A DNA stretch of 64,000 bases, from positions 93,102,923 to 93,166,922 of the forward strand of contig JASCQW010000081.1 in the NCBI GenBank assembly GCA_030264375.1, read 5' to 3'. This document shows, piece by piece, positions 61,346 to 64,000 of this stretch. Positions within the stretch are counted from its first letter, which is position 1. Each line of letters opens with the position of its first letter. This stretch comes from Carcharhinus longimanus (Eukaryota). The position numbers and the translations under genes were made by a program. A model generated the notes under the pieces. The model was not told where the DNA came from. It saw nothing but the letters and a program-made list of their open reading frames with translations, and searched no databases.

Positions 61346-64000
61346 CAAACTAGTTCTCGACGGACAGGAGCAGAAACGTATTGCGGTGCGCAAAGGGCTG
61401 ATATCTACGTACTTTAGCGAAAGCGGAGTCACAGAAATACCCTGCCTTTGAAGTTGGGTTTACATTAATTAAAGTAAAACAAATACCCTTGTGCATTACG
61501 TAGTTTGAACTCATAATTCATGAAGTATTGTCCAATGATTAGTATTGTACTATCTTACTTACTGCTCATTTGAAGAAGCTTTTTGCACTCTAATGAGAAG
61601 AAAAATCTTGCATAAGAAAGTGTCACGATAAGCAATTAAAGACGATTTGAAGGATCCAGCGTTTAAGTTATAATGCCTAGCTTATAATAAATAAAAACGT
61701 GATACGAGCAAATTTTTTAATTAACCAAAATTAAATATTCTCAGGCATCATTATTTTAAGTGATTATATATTTCGAAATTTACGTAATTTGCAAAGTGCT
61801 TCTGAAGAATGCGAAGTGTCTCTGTGCTTTTGCGAAGGAACAGCATGCAATTGCATATTCTATCCAGATGATATCCTTAACCTGATGATCATAACGCGCA
61901 ACTTGTGTTAAATTTCTTAAGATTCCTGAAGATTCTTCCATCCGGAGTTTTTTTTTTGACGTATGAACAGAAATCAAATAAATGTTAAATTAGGGGGGAA
62001 ATAGCAATTAAGTCTTAATGGGTATTTGAATCACAACACGAATGCTGTGAGTAACATAGTTTTCGTGGAAAATTGACTGACAGTAGTTGGCAGGAAATTG
62101 GAGTAGTGATCACAATTTAACCGAATTGCAGACCAGTTTTGAAGGTCATATGTAATTAAAGTGCTGCAATTTGTTGAGATCTAAGTCTTAAACGATTTTC
62201 TGCAAGGAAGGATTTTTTTTGTATTACGTCCTCAGGAATGGATTAGTAATATAGAAGGGCGAGGTAAAATGCACTTCTTCCGGAGTTGTCTTCCTGATCC
62301 TATGGCAAATCGGCAGTGTTTCAAATTCCACCAGCAGCCATCAAGGCAAAAGATCCTGAAATTTAGCATCAATCCCAACGTGATATCATTACATATTCGT
62401 TGATACAAATTTCATGCAGAGTTTCTGCCACGCCGGCTCCGTCAGTGTCCTCCCGCTCCTTCTAATGTTTGTGACGATATGTGTAGTGCACGTATGTTCG
62501 TCCTGTAGTTTCGTATTTGCATGCTGATTGTCGAGACTGCAGTTTATTTTCATCACAACGCTCATCAGAAATAATTCCTGCTTTACCATGCGTACTGGTG
62601 TTGCTGAAGTGTTCATATGTTAGCAGTTAATCTGTGTTACCGCATTATTACCATCAAATCAATGGGATTTAGATCAGGAGTTCCAGGCCTAAAGGTTAGC
62701 AGAGCAAAACTGCAATAGAAGACTTCCACAGCAAATACGCGAAAGGCCCTTTTCAGTTAGTTTGCAAAAGAATCACGAAATTTAACCAGTAAGTAAGGAT
62801 GAACATAAAGTAAAAAAAAAGACAATAATTGAGTGGCACGTGGGTTTCCATTGGAACCTAATTCGGCGACAGAATCAGCGGACAGAGTTGAAATTAAAGG
62901 GCCGACTAAAATTACCTCTATCTTAGTCAAAAAAAAGAATGTTAAAGTAATATGGCGCCATTTAGGAATGAGTGCAAAGCCTATCTGGCAACGACAAGGC
63001 AATCTGTTCTTATTAATTATGCGAGAAAGTTTACATGGTGTAATTCTAAATAAAAGTTGAACTGATAACAAGAAATAACTCAAAATCAGTATGGATTTGA
63101 TAACAGGAAATTATGTGTGAATTGCTTCATTGAAATCCCTTTTGGTTGTTTAACAGTGATTTCACGTGGTATTCGGTTACTTTCCCCAGTTAAATCAGCA
63201 CGTTTCGATGTCATCTGAAATATGCCAATGCCTAAAGTTGATTCCGAAAGTGTGGGACCGTGTTTCATTTATGGATGTGTATTCGTGTCTCGCTTGACTC
63301 TACTGGAATCGACGAGTATGTAGCACGCCCACCGTCACCCTTCCAGAATTATCAGCAGAGAGCTGAAGGAGGGAGCCTACAGTGTAAACCGGCGTTGCTG
63401 AAACTGCACCTACATCTGTACTGGGATCGATTGTGTGTAGTTTATCTATCCTGCAATAAATCACCGCTGTGATTAGTCGCTGTCTCGATGTGAAACTTCG
63501 TCCTTCAGTAAAGAGTATTCAAGGACATGCGGAACATGTCTATAATGGGGTTTCAATAATGCAGCTGAAATTATGGCATTATTATAACATTCTCCGTTTA
63601 ATTATGGTATATTATATTTTTTCTCTACGTCATCAACCCTTATGCCTGACATGAATACATGGACATACGTACCTATGAATTCTTCTTGCTGTGTGCCTGC
63701 GACTGGAACGTAAGAAAATCATGAGAAAAATAAAAACAGAACATGCAGAACATTTTTCCCCCGATCAATGTAACTATATGAAAAATGTAAGCAAAAAGAT
63801 GTTCCCTATAGCAATTAGTACACACGTCAGTCCAACAATAATGCCTTTAGAATAGTGAATATCACAATGTCAACAACATCTCCTTGGCAACCTGTTTGGT
63901 GCTTTTCCACGCAAGTTAACATTCCCATAATAGTAATTCATACATCGTATTCTTTGAAAATACGTTTCTTAAACCCACAATGAAACTGGAAAACCTGCGA

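Noticed and set aside
1-64000. Immunoglobulin/TCR cluster with recombination signal sequences
   Set aside because: CACAGTG heptamers occur (e.g. ~26571, ~31300, ~58660) but I saw no correctly spaced ACAAAAACC nonamers or intact V/J/C exons; octamer hits such as ~62515 are isolated.

Overview
Eukaryotic, repeat-dominated genomic DNA from a draft scaffold with seven 100-N gaps. The repeat complement (CR1 LINEs, Rex1/Babar LINEs, HE1-type tRNA SINEs, a Deu-domain SINE, Penelope-like elements) points to a cartilaginous fish, probably a shark. The only host protein-coding sequence I can support is three consecutive, open, GT-AG-bounded minus-strand exons of WDR76 (36858-36769, 36241-36198, 36087-35934), with a tRNA-Ala(AGC) pseudogene just upstream. 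These lie in a ~7 kb island (about 31550-38712) of young, CpG-depleted sequence. The rest of the window looks very different: repeats are heavily decayed yet CpG-rich. Hidden in that decayed sequence are a Gmr1-type Gypsy element (gag-PR-IN-RT order, about 51790-48150), a probable hAT transposase relic (about 45370-43300), Penelope pLTR relics with degenerate hammerhead-ribozyme cores, and a near-perfect 60-bp-arm hairpin (47036-47168). Most ORFs in the supplied track are repeat fragments or noise. Repeat boundaries are approximate (tens of bp). Family assignments rest on motifs recalled from memory, not database searches. I found no demonstrably new biological system; the CpG paradox and the hairpin are the best leads.
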